A DNA stretch of 64,000 nt from Puccinia triticina. Its lineage: Eukaryota. This document shows positions 40,001-51,778 of the stretch, one piece after another. The DNA lies in NCBI GenBank assembly GCA_026914245.1, contig CP110439.1, positions 2,976,001 through 3,040,000 on the forward strand, written 5' to 3'. A program made the position numbers and the translations under genes. Position 1 is the stretch's first letter, and every line of letters starts with the position of its first letter. Under the pieces are notes generated by a model. It had not been told where the DNA came from. It was given only the letters and a program-made list of their open reading frames with translations, and did not search any database.

Positions 40001-40519
40001 CTGGTGTTCGGCCAGAAAGCGGTTCTCCCTGTGGACCTAGAAATGGACACTTATCTGGGAATTGACTGGGCGGAAATACACACTACAGAAGAACTTCTGG
40101 AAGCTAGGACCATGCAATTGGAGCGCAGAGAGGAAATTCTGGGGATAGCTCATGAGAAATTAATGAAAGCCAGGAATTCTTTGGTCAGATACTGGGACAG
40201 AAAAATGGCAGCAAGACTTCGAAAACCTTTGGACCCAGGCGAATTGGTGTTAGTTTATAATAAAAGCTTGGAAGATCAGTGGGGAAAGCTTTTTGCAAAT
40301 TGTTGGAACGGACCTTTTAGGATTAGGAAGCAGCTACCCAAGGGATCTTACATTCTGGAAGAACTGGATGGAGTTGGATTGAAAAGAGCCTACGCAGCTT
40401 CCCATATCAAGCGGTTCTACCCTCGAGGACGCAACCTGACGGATATACAGCTTGACGAGGATCCTTCCCAACCAGAAAACTCAGAGGAGGTTAAACTGTT
40501 CAAAACTTTAAGAGCATAA
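36992..40519 (+). pseudogene. pol: Pol (RT, RNase H, integrase) in the -1 frame, with one in-frame TGA at 37433-37435
   Basis: RLPQG, FIDD, AVDSS, HEELGH...CEPCQK, ALDV, TADNG, NGMIER, WNGPF; ORFs 37046-37435 and 37463-40519 are one frame split by a single stop. Confidence 0.9.
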
Positions 40520-41039
40520 TTTTTTTTAAGTTGGGGGAGGAAAGAACTCACTCCTTTAAACTCTTTCTGAAGCTCACAATTCTGGAAACATCAGACTCTC
40601 TGTTGGGAAGACACTCTTTGAAGGATCACACTCTTTTCAACAAGATTCAGTTTCTTGTTTAAATTGGACATAATTTTTACGAAAACAAAAATGACCACAA
40701 AAAGAAAAAGTTTCTTTATAGATTAAATACTTACCTTTTTTTCTCACATATATAATTCTTTTTTTTGGCTCTTCTGTTCTCTCACTATAGGTTGGGGACA
40801 ACCTCTATAAGTTGGGGGAGGGGGTCTGGGGGGTTTAATTTCACGAAGAAGAGAAGAAAACATTTTTTTGGTTTTTTTTTTTTATACAAATTATGTCAAT
40901 TTTTTTTGGTTTTTTTTATGTTTTTACCCCAAACGGACAGTGACAACAGCCTCTACGACAAAGAAAGACAAGAAACCTTAGTATAAATAAATACATAGAA
41001 GAAAAAGAACGAAAGAAGGAATTAGCTCACTGTAGTAGT

Positions 41040-42549
41040 TTACGCATCCCGAACAACCTGGCGTATGGAAGAGCGGTACTCCTCCGAGACTGCTTGGAAC
41101 ACGTGGATTCGCTGAATACGACCTCCCTCGTTCTCGGTCGGGGTGCGTTGATAGTAGGAAATGAAAACGCGGGCAAAAGTCTGATACAACCGAGTATAAG
41201 CTTCCGGGTCGAGGCCGGGAAGTGGAGCAGTTTGAGTCGGAACCGATTGCTGGCGTGGCTCCAGGAGAACCTGAACCTGGGTGTCACTCAAGAATGGGAG
41301 ATCGCCATGGGGAAAGAAAGGAGTATGGGCGGGACCGGAAGCCTGAGAGGCGTTTTCGGAATCCGTTATGCCTTCCGCATCGGCATTGGAACCGAGCATG
41401 GGCGGGCGATATAAAGCCTCGACCTCTGGCAACGCGGGTCGGAACATCCACCCGGGAAGAGTCGACCAAGTAGAATCCCACTCGGGAGTTGGAGGGACCT
41501 GACCATAAGCTTTATTAGCAACAAGAATAACCTTAATACAAAACAAAGGAAAAGAGACTTACCCCACCCGACCACTCAAAGAGTTGGTCCAACTCGTCTT
41601 CGGTCTCACCAACCTGAGATTGATCGGCGTCTGAGCCACCAGAACAATCGGAGCGCCTCTCCGACGCAGCAGATCCAACGGACGAGCTACGGCAACTCGT
41701 AGCCGGGGTCGTAAGCGGGGAAGGTTGGGGGGCAGGAGGGACAAGCCAGTCGTCCCCAATAAGGACCCGATTGGACTGGAAAAACTGTGTAGACTCAAGA
41801 GCTTAGCAAATGGATGAAAAAAAAAAAAAAAAAAAGAACAGCGAAAGGATACTCACCGGGTTCTTGGTTGGCTCAGTAGCGGGAGAATAGGCTGGGGAGT
41901 CTGTCCCAGACCTCCAGCCCGGGCTGCGAGGGCGGTAAACGGGAGAGGGGAAGAGAGCATGCGAACCCGCAACCGGGGACCGAAGGCGCGGGTGGAGTCC
42001 CACCAAACCAGGTGGAACCCGCGATGGGGAAGGCGATGGTGTGCGGGGGACATTTGGGGACCCTGGACGGTCATCTGGGGCGATAATCTTGACAATATTG
42101 GATTATCAATACAATACCTACAATACCGATACCGATAAGAGTAAAAATATAAAAAGGACTTACCGCTGCTACTTCAGCTATTGCATCTCCATCGACAGTG
42201 AAGGGGCGCTCGGGAATTGCAGCCCCATCCTCGCGAGTTCGCCTAACGCGGGCCCGAAGGCCGTGAGATTGTTCAAAAGACTCCATTCGCTGCCTGGTCC
42301 ATTGAAACCAGGATGGGGTGATAACATCACCTCGGTAGATCGGTCCGTCCATAATGATGATAGGATTATGGACAGATGAGCCCGGCTGGAATGAAGCAAA
42401 AAGGTTCAGAGCAGGAGTAAGCAAACGATCTAAAAACGAGCAAAATTAGGAAAACGCACACGGCTCGGGGCCTCTGAAGAGACGCCTCGGCTTCTCAAAG
42501 GATAAGGCAACGAATGAAAATAAGTTCTGTAATAAGTACGGCGGGGCAT
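41040..42549 (-). CDS. Antisense intron-containing gene inside the Gypsy element, about 395 aa, unknown function
   Basis: Exons 42429-42164, 42087-41857, 41784-41563, 41498-41040 join in frame without stops through GTAAGT/GTGAGT...AG introns; start tentative (ATG 42549, TATAAAAG near 42650). Confidence 0.75.
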
Positions 42550-45247
42550 GGTTTCTAGCTGGGGTAAGGAAAGCAAGATTCTAACAAAGGTGGAAGCGAC
42601 CTGGGCGAGGAAGTGGTTGATGGTAGAAAAGTCAGGAGGGGAGGGAGCTCTTTTATACTCGGCCGGGGGGGGCAGCGGGCACTCACCGGATTATATGTAC
42701 TTTCCTCTGACCCACTCCCTGACTTACAAAAAGAACTGGTCCACCTCCATCTCGAGTCGGAAGCGTCGTTCGATGCAACCCGTTGTGAAGCCAGATAGAA
42801 CCGAAGCCGAGAAATGGGGGCCACTGTTTGACTATGGACGCACGTACACATACGGGCCCACGAAGAGATGACGAAAAAGAAGAGAGAAAGACGACGTGGT
42901 CGTCAGTCTCGCCATCTTAGCGCCGGCGAAAAAGAAAGAGAAGAAAGGTCTGTACTCACCGCAGAGTATGGGCTATTGAGTCCAGAATGCGAAGCTGTCC
43001 GCGGCGGTGGTACGAGAAGCGCTGTGGAAGTGAAAACAGGACTGTCAGCTGTCAGATCTGGGATACACAAATGAATCTTTTTTCTTTTTCGCATTCTTGG
43101 AACTAGGAAGGAATGGGCCCTGAGTCAAAGAACCCCGAGCAGAAAAGAAAAAGAACCTACGTCGAATAATGAAAGTGGTCCGAGGTTCAAGCAATCGACC
43201 TGAGGAAATTGAGTTGGCCAGCGGCACCGGTGACGTAGTCGAAGGAGCCGGAAGATCGGCGAAGTCGGATTGAGAAGCATCTGCTGGCGGAGGTCGAGTC
43301 AATATATTGATACCCCCCCCAAGGGGTAGGGCCAATATACATACACATACCCCGTGGCGGGGTGGGAGTAAACACTCGAGACCCGAACGCGAGGTTGAAC
43401 GTTCGCAGCACCGCAGTCCTCTTGTTGGATTACGCGTAATCCGACAAGACAACTGCGGCGCATTGGATGAACTCCCGCGGGACCCTAATAACTTCGGGCG
43501 GGTATGATCAGCACTGTGTACCCGGGCCCCAAGCCCGACCAACCAATCATCAGGAGGCGGGGTCGAGTCCCCGATCACTACTCGTACACCGAGGCGCGCG
43601 GCCTCAATAGCGCGCACCCTAGGGCGCTAGAGCAACAGCTGCGGCCGTCACCACAGCACAAGCATCACCCCTGCGCAGCTGCGCAGCTGCGCAACTGCGG
43701 ACTGCGGACTGCGCGCAGCACTTCGACTCCCAGAACCAACAAAAAGTTATTGTCAAGAAAAACCCCAAAATTGACAAAAATCAAAAATTTGGCCAATTTT
43801 CACCCTGCGCAGCCTCTCAAGCCACATGGCCCAGAAGACGTCAAAATGACCAATTCTCCAAGAATTCTGCAAATCACCACCTAAATTCACCATGTCACAG
43901 GTTCAAAATTTGACAGAAAGCACTTTTCACGTCAAAATTGTCTGGGGACAGACAATAAGTTGGGGGAGGATGTGGTAGACGGAAAAGTGGAAAAATAAGT
44001 TTTTTCTATGCCACATAATTACTCATACTAGGCCTCAAGATACCATCAAATGGACCCCAGAAATGGATTCTACGGCCAATTTCACCCCTAGCCATCACTG
44101 GAAGCACCCCTGGACCCCCTCTAGTATGGAAGTTACACCTCATGGACACATATCACACGGCCAGCCCCAGTAACCCAGCTGTCATCTGCCCCAACCCGAG
44201 TTTCACAGTAGTACACTTATACATATCACAGGATACAAACATACATCTCCCTGTCAGGCTACACTCATTACATATTAACTACATACACTCCTTTATATAC
44301 ATAGTATGACATCATTTACACTGTTTCTGCAGCCTCAGACTTTGTGTATACACTAATTCCCCCTGTATGACAGCTCATGCAGTCTACTGTTACCTCATGC
44401 ATGCATTAGAATGTTCTGTTGTATATTCTGACACCATTCATGTGCCCCTGAGGGGTTATGACATCATTTGTATCTACTCCCACCAGCTAAAATCCCTCAC
44501 CCTGTTGTCTAGATTAGCTGAAACCCTAACCCACAAGCCCCTCAGGGGCTCCCCTTTTGTCTATAAAAGGAGCTCTCTCCACCCCCAGTGGCCTGCTCCC
44601 CAGTTCCTCACCCAGAACTCACAAGTCACCCAACACTCATCCACACTCAAATCCTAAAACCCTTATAACAATAAATCAACCCTTATAACAACATTTCAAC
44701 CCTTATAACAAAGTAATTGAAACACTTACACGTTGCCAGTCAAACAGATTTCATCTGGAACAGACCAGACCTATCACTTAATAAAACTTGCCAAGCTGAG
44801 CTTGGTGGGTCTTGTTGACTGATAACAGAAGGGCAGAGCTTGCAACTCCATCATACCCTTCACCATTCAGCAAAAGGGTTTCATTACCACTTTTGAGTCT
44901 TACAACGGGTCAGCCAGTGTATGTATTGCTGACTGGGAGGGATTGCTCATGGGAAGTGAGTATATCAGAGAGGGTACCCAGTACCAACACTGAAACAAAT
45001 ACAATACATGGAGCGTATGTGGTGAATGTTTTTCATTGAAGATGGAGACCTACATGTCCTATTTTTTGTTTTCAGCCATCCTATACATAATCTAAGTTTG
45101 TTAAAGACAGACAATCACGGAAACAAACTTCAAGGGTTTCCTTTACAATTTAATCAAAAAAAGAAGAAATAAAATCACACCCAACCCAAAGCCCAATCTC
45201 TACTAGAGAGATTGCAAGCATTGGGAAGATGACCCCCAGTGCGCCGC

Positions 45248-45337
45248 TGTAAGACTCAAAAGTGGTTGTGAAACCCTTTTGCTGAATGGAGAAGGGGATG
45301 AAGGAGGTGCAAGCTCTGCCCTTCTATACTACCAGCT

Positions 45338-45368
<31 letters not shown>

Positions 45369-46132
45369 TTAATAAGTGATAGGAGTGGTTAGCTCAAGAT
45401 AAGTTTCTCGTGACATAGTATAAAAAGGTTGTTATTCAGTATGTAAGAGTTGTTATATGTAAGTAAGAGGGTTGAGTGGGTACGTAAGTGTTTTGGGTGA
45501 TGGGTGAGTATAAAAATTGATGAGTAATAAACTGAGGAACTACAAATGGGGGGAGAGAGCTCCTCATATAGACAAATGTGAGGGGTTTTGGCTCCAGGGA
45601 AGCCCCTGAGTGAGGTATTTTAGCTGGCCTGGGCTGTACAACATGAGGGAGTTAAGAGGGAGTGGCTGTGTACAATTTATGCAAGGGGTGCATACATGAG
45701 GAGGGGCTGTGCCAAATGATGTCATAGTTCATGCAAGGGGCACATAAGCTGTGCAGGGAATGATCATGTGATGTAATAAGACCAAACAAAGTGGAGTTGG
45801 AAGGAACTAGAATGTGGGGACCATTCAGTTGAGGGGGCACAGCCTGCAGGGGCAGTGCTGCATGATGTCATGTACATAACAAACAAACCCAAACCAATAT
45901 ACATAGTGGAGATAGAATTGTGCGGGGAATGTGACTTGAGGCGCCTGACAGGTGGTTGACTGGGTGCTACAGGTTGTCCAAAGGGTCTAACTTCCAGTGT
46001 AGTGGGGCTCCAGTGATGCTTCCAGTGGGGAATAGGGGTTACTTTAGCCGTGGTGTCCAATGGATGGTATCTTGAGGCCTTCTATACGTACATGAGAAAA
46101 ACTTTTGATTTTTCACATTTTCAAGTACCACA
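45248..46132 (-). mobile_element. Solo LTR related to the Gypsy LTRs, inverted and diverged
   Basis: Reverse complement reads TGTGGTA...GAGTCTTACA like 32967-33903; 4-bp TSD CCGC. Confidence 0.85.
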
Positions 46133-46699
46133 CCGCATTTAAGGCAATTGCAAAGGGGGGTCATCAAAAATTAACCCTCAAACTGTGCACGCGCAACAGC
46201 GGAGGGGGTTGATTTGACTCTCTGGCTGGAATTTCAGCGCAGCGAGTCGACTGGCGCTTTGTACCTGCCAGAGGTACCCCTACTTATAGGCACATCGTCT
46301 GATGTTAATCTGACCGCATCCCAACCGTTCCCACCACAACCACAACACATCCTGCCTCTCCACGCCTCACATCAATCTTGGTCAACACCATTGTAGGGCC
46401 CGCTACGCCCCTCACAATGATTGCCCAAGCTCACACATCACCATGCCACATATCCACGGTCATGCTACAGCCCGACTCTTTCAATCAATCTATCCCCACA
46501 ACCCAAACACCGCGGCCAGGAACCCCGCTCCAAGCCCCTCCAACGACCCACACTTGCCCCTCCGCAGGTCCCGACCCCATAGACCACTGGCAAGCGTCAA
46601 CGGCAATTGAAAGACGACGACCATCTCCGCTGTGCCCGCTCCAGACGCTTTTTCCCGGAGCCTTCCCCCCGCCGCTATTGATAGCACTCCAGACGGGAG

Positions 46700-47170
46700 A
46701 GTGAGTCTCACGAACAGACGACCGGATTCGTGGACGGAAATGGATCGTCTGAAGAGGAGTTGGAGGACGGGGAGGGGCCGTGAACAGAGGAGCGGGCGGA
46801 CAAGGAGCAGCGCAGGTATCGCGACGAGATGGCCCAGTACTATGTTGAACTCAAAGCCTACGAATGGCGTAAACGTGAGCAAGACCTCTACTTCACCAAG
46901 ATCATGAGTCCCTGTAAAGCTGGCGGGCTCTGACAAAGAGAATCCACCGACAAGTACTTCCAACGCAGCTGCCAGTCCTTCAATGACACGTGTGCCCATA
47001 GTCAAAAGTTCTTGCTTGCTAGCGCCTGCTCCACCCTTGACAACTCCAAACTGACAGCATAAGAGCTCGATGAGGCCAGTCACAAAGCTCTACCAATCGT
47101 CGAGGCAGAACAAGAGACCATCAAGGCCGCCGCTGTCCCTAGGCCTTGGTGTCTCCCATCCCAGCCGTCA
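46700..47170 (+). pseudogene. Decayed coding-like fragment within the Helitron
   Basis: One frame reads KEQRRYRDEMAQYYVELKAYEWRKREQDLYF... with scattered stops; GC-rich relative to flanks. Confidence 0.35.
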
Positions 47171-49506
47171 TGAATCCTCCAACCCATCAGAACAACACTC
47201 CACCAAAGAATTCATCTCCAACATCCTCAATGCCAAAGCCCAGCTCTCCTTACGCTCATGAAAACCGCCGGCGAAGCCCGTCCCAAAGAAATCCTTTGTC
47301 AAGCCGCCACACACCACTCCCTCAGTCCGCCCAGTGCGCCATCTCTGCCTCCCTTTCTGCACATCTCAACCAGCCTCACTTGCCTAACCACGCCACAATC
47401 AGTCCGCTCCAACTCCCCGTGCCCTCTGCATACTACTCTTCCTCCCTGTAGGACATTATCTCAATGTGACTTTCTGCAGGCTTTGTTGGGTTGCCCGTGG
47501 CCAACTCAGTCTGAGTACTTGGAGTATGAAGAATCCTAATGATTCAAGTAATTAGATAAACAGAAACCATAGCACATGATTGCTAACACGGATAAATGTA
47601 TTTAAGGTCAGTTTGACCATTTCTGATCACAGCAGGGTTCAAGTGCAAACCCATTCCATGAGGAGAATATTACTATCTCATTTCAGGTAGGGAAAAAGTG
47701 TCACTATTGGTATATCAAGGAGAAAAGTTCAAATTGAGCTAATGTGGAAGTCCTACCTATTTTTACACTAAATGTGAAAAATAATGTAAATTTTGAATCA
47801 TAAATAAATTCAAGAGATGTTTATTCTTGGCTAAATCACTATAGACAAACTGGGGTGAGGCAAATGGATGCACTGCATGATGACGGTCATGAGGATCTTG
47901 TGGGTAGTTGAAGTGGAAACATTATCATTTGTGTGGGGTCAAGTGTGAAAACCCACTTTTAATACTACATTCATCACATACAAACAAAAGGGGTTTGAGA
48001 AATCTAGACCTGTCATAATTACAGGTCTGAGGCCCTGTTTGGCACCGTTATAATTATAGGTGATATAATTTCTGATTAATTCAATAAAAAATACAAAATT
48101 CAACATAAAGCCTCCAAATTTTTTTTGTAGGCAGCCTACAGTGCTGGTCTCTTCAACTGTGAACCCAGAATCAACTTATCCAGCCATCTTCAGCACCATA
48201 ATACCATTATATCACTTCATATTGGTCAAAAGTGATATAATGGTATTATGGTGCTGAAGATGGCTGAATCAGTTGAATCTGATTTCAAAGTTGAAGAGAC
48301 CAGCAATTTAGGTTGCCTAAAAAAAAAATTTGGAGGCTTTATGCTGAATTTTCTATTTTTTATTGAATTAATCAGCGATTATATCACCTACTAGAGGCCA
48401 AGGCGGCTGCGCCGCTGCAGGGTCTCAAGAGAAATGGTTGTCTTGCTGCACTGGTATACAATTGGAAAAAACACCAGAAAACCAAGAATTACTTCTGGAA
48501 TCTCCCAAATTGATCAAAATCAAATTCCCCATCTTGTTTGGTTTCTTATGCAAAAAGTGATACAGTTTGCGGCCATTTTCCTACTAAGCCCTTTGCACAC
48601 CCCTTATATTTCATTCTCTGTTGAAACACCATTGCAAATAGTTTATCAGCTCAAATATTATGCAACATTGAAGAATTCCTGAAAGTTTTGGACTATGATT
48701 CTGTGTGAGTGTGTAACAACAAATTTATATGTGTTAGCAGTCATTTTACTACTAATCCTGCAGCTTACCTCTTATATCTCATCTTAATTTCCCTGTTATA
48801 AAATAAATAAAAAATCATAAATTTTTCAATAATTTACAATACTTTAACAATGTGTTTCAAGCTGCATTTGCAAAAGCCAGCCTGTAACTGCTGTTTTCAG
48901 GGGTATTCATTTATCCCTCAAGGCTACCTTTAGCTTACTATTTTTTTGATATTTTATGATATGCTACAGTTATGTGTAAATTTAACAGCCCACCGTTGTA
49001 GCACGTAATTACCTCATGCCAAGGGCTGTCATGGCCTTGCTTGGCAAGATCTCACACCCACTACAGAGTGCTTTTTTGAGCTCAAATCTGCTCATGATGA
49101 TTCATGGGTTTGGCTCAGGAGTTAAGCAGTGCAGCTTTGAAACATGCAGGGAGAAAATTGGCCAAATAGTTCCCAAACTTGGCTGGAAAAATCAATTTTT
49201 TTGTAATTTGGAATGAGCAAAAGGTACATCCAAAAAGAGGGACCATCAAAAATTCATCAAATGGTTAATTAATCAACACTAAAGATCACAGAAAATCAAA
49301 AAAAGGACAAGACAAGGATATACCCAAAGGGGAACAATCAAGATTTTATTCAGAAAGATATCAATTATTTAGCTGTGATCTTTATCAAAATTGATTTCTA
49401 AAAGTGGATAATGCTTTAGATTCATAAGATAATTTCTGAGATATAGAATCATTTTCAAGTTATGATCCTCTATAGGTTGAGAATGCATAAGGACTCAGTA
49501 AGAGTG

Positions 49507-49622
49507 CGATATATCCACTTGATGGCCGGTGTGTGCCGGTCATTGAGCGGGCTGAGACCCACTCGACGACTGGCGTGTGCCGGTCATCAAGTGGGTTATG
49601 TATCCACTCGATGACCGGTGTG
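49507..49622. repeat. Double-hairpin repeat array (about 44-bp unit), copy 1
   Basis: ATGACCGG-TGTGTG-CCGGTCAT alternating with CGAGTGGG...CCACTCG. Confidence 0.85.
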
Positions 49623-50201
49623 TTGCTCCAGGCTGCTGTGTAGAAAGCAGAGCGGCATTCGGACACAGAACAGCGCCCTGGGACCCCTCTCGGCCCGAAA
49701 CCAGCCTGATGCGAGGGCCTCACTTCTAACCCTCCTCGGGAGCGCGTCTCGGCTCTCACAAGCGGTGGGGGTCTCCAGCCATGGCCCGCGCCCCCACACC
49801 CAGAGCGCCGGTCCTGTATAGGCCCACTCTTCGGACATGCAGACGCAGGACACCCGCCAGCCCAGAGCCTGCGCGCCTCGCTCCCACTGCTCCATAACTT
49901 AAAGGGATGCACACTCCACCCCACGCGAATCATTCCTTCAATCCATTACACTTTCTTCCCAGCTGGCAATAACGATGTGACAAGGCGCAAAGAAACCATA
50001 AAAAAATTATAAATACATACGCAGAGAAACGAGAACCACGAGAGGATGCATGTGTGTATCTTGTGTCAGATACATGACCTGCCGGATGGGCGTTGTGGCA
50101 CGGCCACAGACATCAAGAGTGCGCCTTGGCCAAGCAGAGGTTGGGCACAGGGCGATGTGGACATGCGCGCTCCGCGATTGCGGGATGGATGGCGAGGCCA
50201 C

Positions 50202-51641
50202 TCATGCCAGGGCGGTTTTGACGGCAGCAATCTCGGCGCGTCTACGAAAGCGGGGGGCCCACGGCCCAAAAGCCAACCCTAAGCGCTCCCACACGCACAC
50301 AAACACACGAAAAGGTGGGGGACGTAAAGATCGGAGAGGGAGGCGGACAGACTGGCGACGTCCTCGAGCTGGCGGGTCTCTCTGGCGAGGGCGAGGAAGG
50401 CCTCGATCTGGAGCTCCTGCTCGAGGAGCACGGAGAGGTTGACCAAGCGCGCATGGGTAGCGTCTGTGGGCCCGTTAGGGTCAGCAGGGTCGGCAAGGGA
50501 GGCGGAGCTGAGGGTCATGAGGTGGCGCCGATGGCTCGGGGTTTGAGAGGGCCCGTCAGGAGTCGTCGTTGTCGTTGGGGGAGAAGAAGAGGGTTTGGGG
50601 TGGGGCGTGGGCCGGGAGTCGAGCAGACCCAGGGAGCGGATGAGGCCCATGTGGTGGCGCAGGAACAGGCCGGCGCGGGCGGCGATGGCGGCGATCAGGC
50701 GGGCCTCGGCGCCCGGATCAGCCGGGCCGAGGGCGACGAGCTTCTTGGAGAGTTGGTCAAAGAGGGCGAGGTTGGAGAGCAGCTTGCGGCGGATGGAGAG
50801 CAGCTTGAGGGGCGTCGACGGGCCCGGCGGAGTCTCGGTCGAGCCTGGATGTCTACACACACACACACACATACATACGCTCAGTAGTGTGACGGGGGGC
50901 TGAGAGTAAGACCACCCACTTGGCCCCCGCTAACGCCTCCTGGAACTCCCCGATCGCCCGCTCGATCTCCTCCTGGACCTGCTTCAGACTGCTGTAGAGG
51001 GCCAGGTACTCGGGCGGTTTGGGGGGACAGGTCATGGCCTGGCGACGGAGGACGACAGCGAGACAGTGAGCACAGACCCGGACGCCCTTTGTGGGCGTTG
51101 TTGTTGAGGAGGAGGGGGAGGGGTTGTGGAGGGGGGCAGCGATGAGGTGGCGGATGGAGGCGCCGGGGCGGTCGGGGAGGAGCCCTGTCTGGTGGCTGTC
51201 GTCGTCGAGGACGCGGATAGTGTTGCGGTGCAGGAGCGGGTCCCAGTCGACGCGGATCAACGAGGAGCATCTGCGGGGGCCGGCGGAGTGGGGCTTGAAG
51301 CAGACCAGCTGACCACAGAGTCTGCAGTGGTGTTTGCGGATCCGGAGGTCGAAGGGCGTGTGGCAGAGCGTGCAGTCGCCCGCCGAGGTGTCGTCCTGCC
51401 ACCGGACGATGGCCTGCTCGTGGGCGCGGAGCGAGCCTGGCCGGGCCGCCAGCAGTTCGGAGCTGATGGTCAGCAGTTTCTGCGAGAGATTGTTGGTGGT
51501 GGTGGTGGTGGTGTTTTGGGGCTGGTGTGGGAAGTGGAGCAGGATGAGTTTCTCGAGCCGTTTCTGGAGCCGGGCCTCCTCGAGTCTCTTCGCCTCCTGG
51601 CGGGTTCTCCTTGCGGCGACGAGCTGGTCTGTGCGGTCGCA
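50202..51641 (-). pseudogene. PEP7: 5'-truncated PEP7/VAC1 (rabenosyn-5-like) fragment: FYVE domain plus C-terminal Rab-binding-like helices
   Basis: WQDD..CTLC..RKHHCRLCG..VC...RVCAHC; LLEQELQIEAFLALARETRQLEDVASLSASL; introns retained; no native start; last donor reads TTACGT rather than GTACGT. Confidence 0.8.
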
Positions 51642-51778
51642 GTGGGTTATGTATCCGCTCGATGACCAGTGTGTGCCGGTCATCGAGCGGGCTGAGACCC
51701 ACTCGATGACTGGCGTGTGCCGGTCATCGAGTGGGTTATGTATCCACTCGATGACCGGTGTGTGCGGGTCATCGAGCA
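51642..51778. repeat. Double-hairpin repeat array, copy 2
   Basis: Direct repeat of 49507-49622. Confidence 0.85.

Larger units (their letters stand above)
32967..44904 (+). mobile_element. Full-length Ty3/Gypsy LTR retrotransposon (11.9 kb)
   Basis: LTRs 32967-33903 and 43971-44904 (TG...CA; only a 3-bp A-run indel seen by eye); 4-bp TSD ACGG; PPT AAGTTGGGGGAGGA before the 3' LTR; order PR-RT-RH-IN. Confidence 0.97.

Noticed and set aside
49640..49930. Possible structured ncRNA (CTAACCCT, telomerase-template-like)
   Set aside because: Only an 8-nt match and no other recognisable motif; more likely flank captured with the gene fragment.
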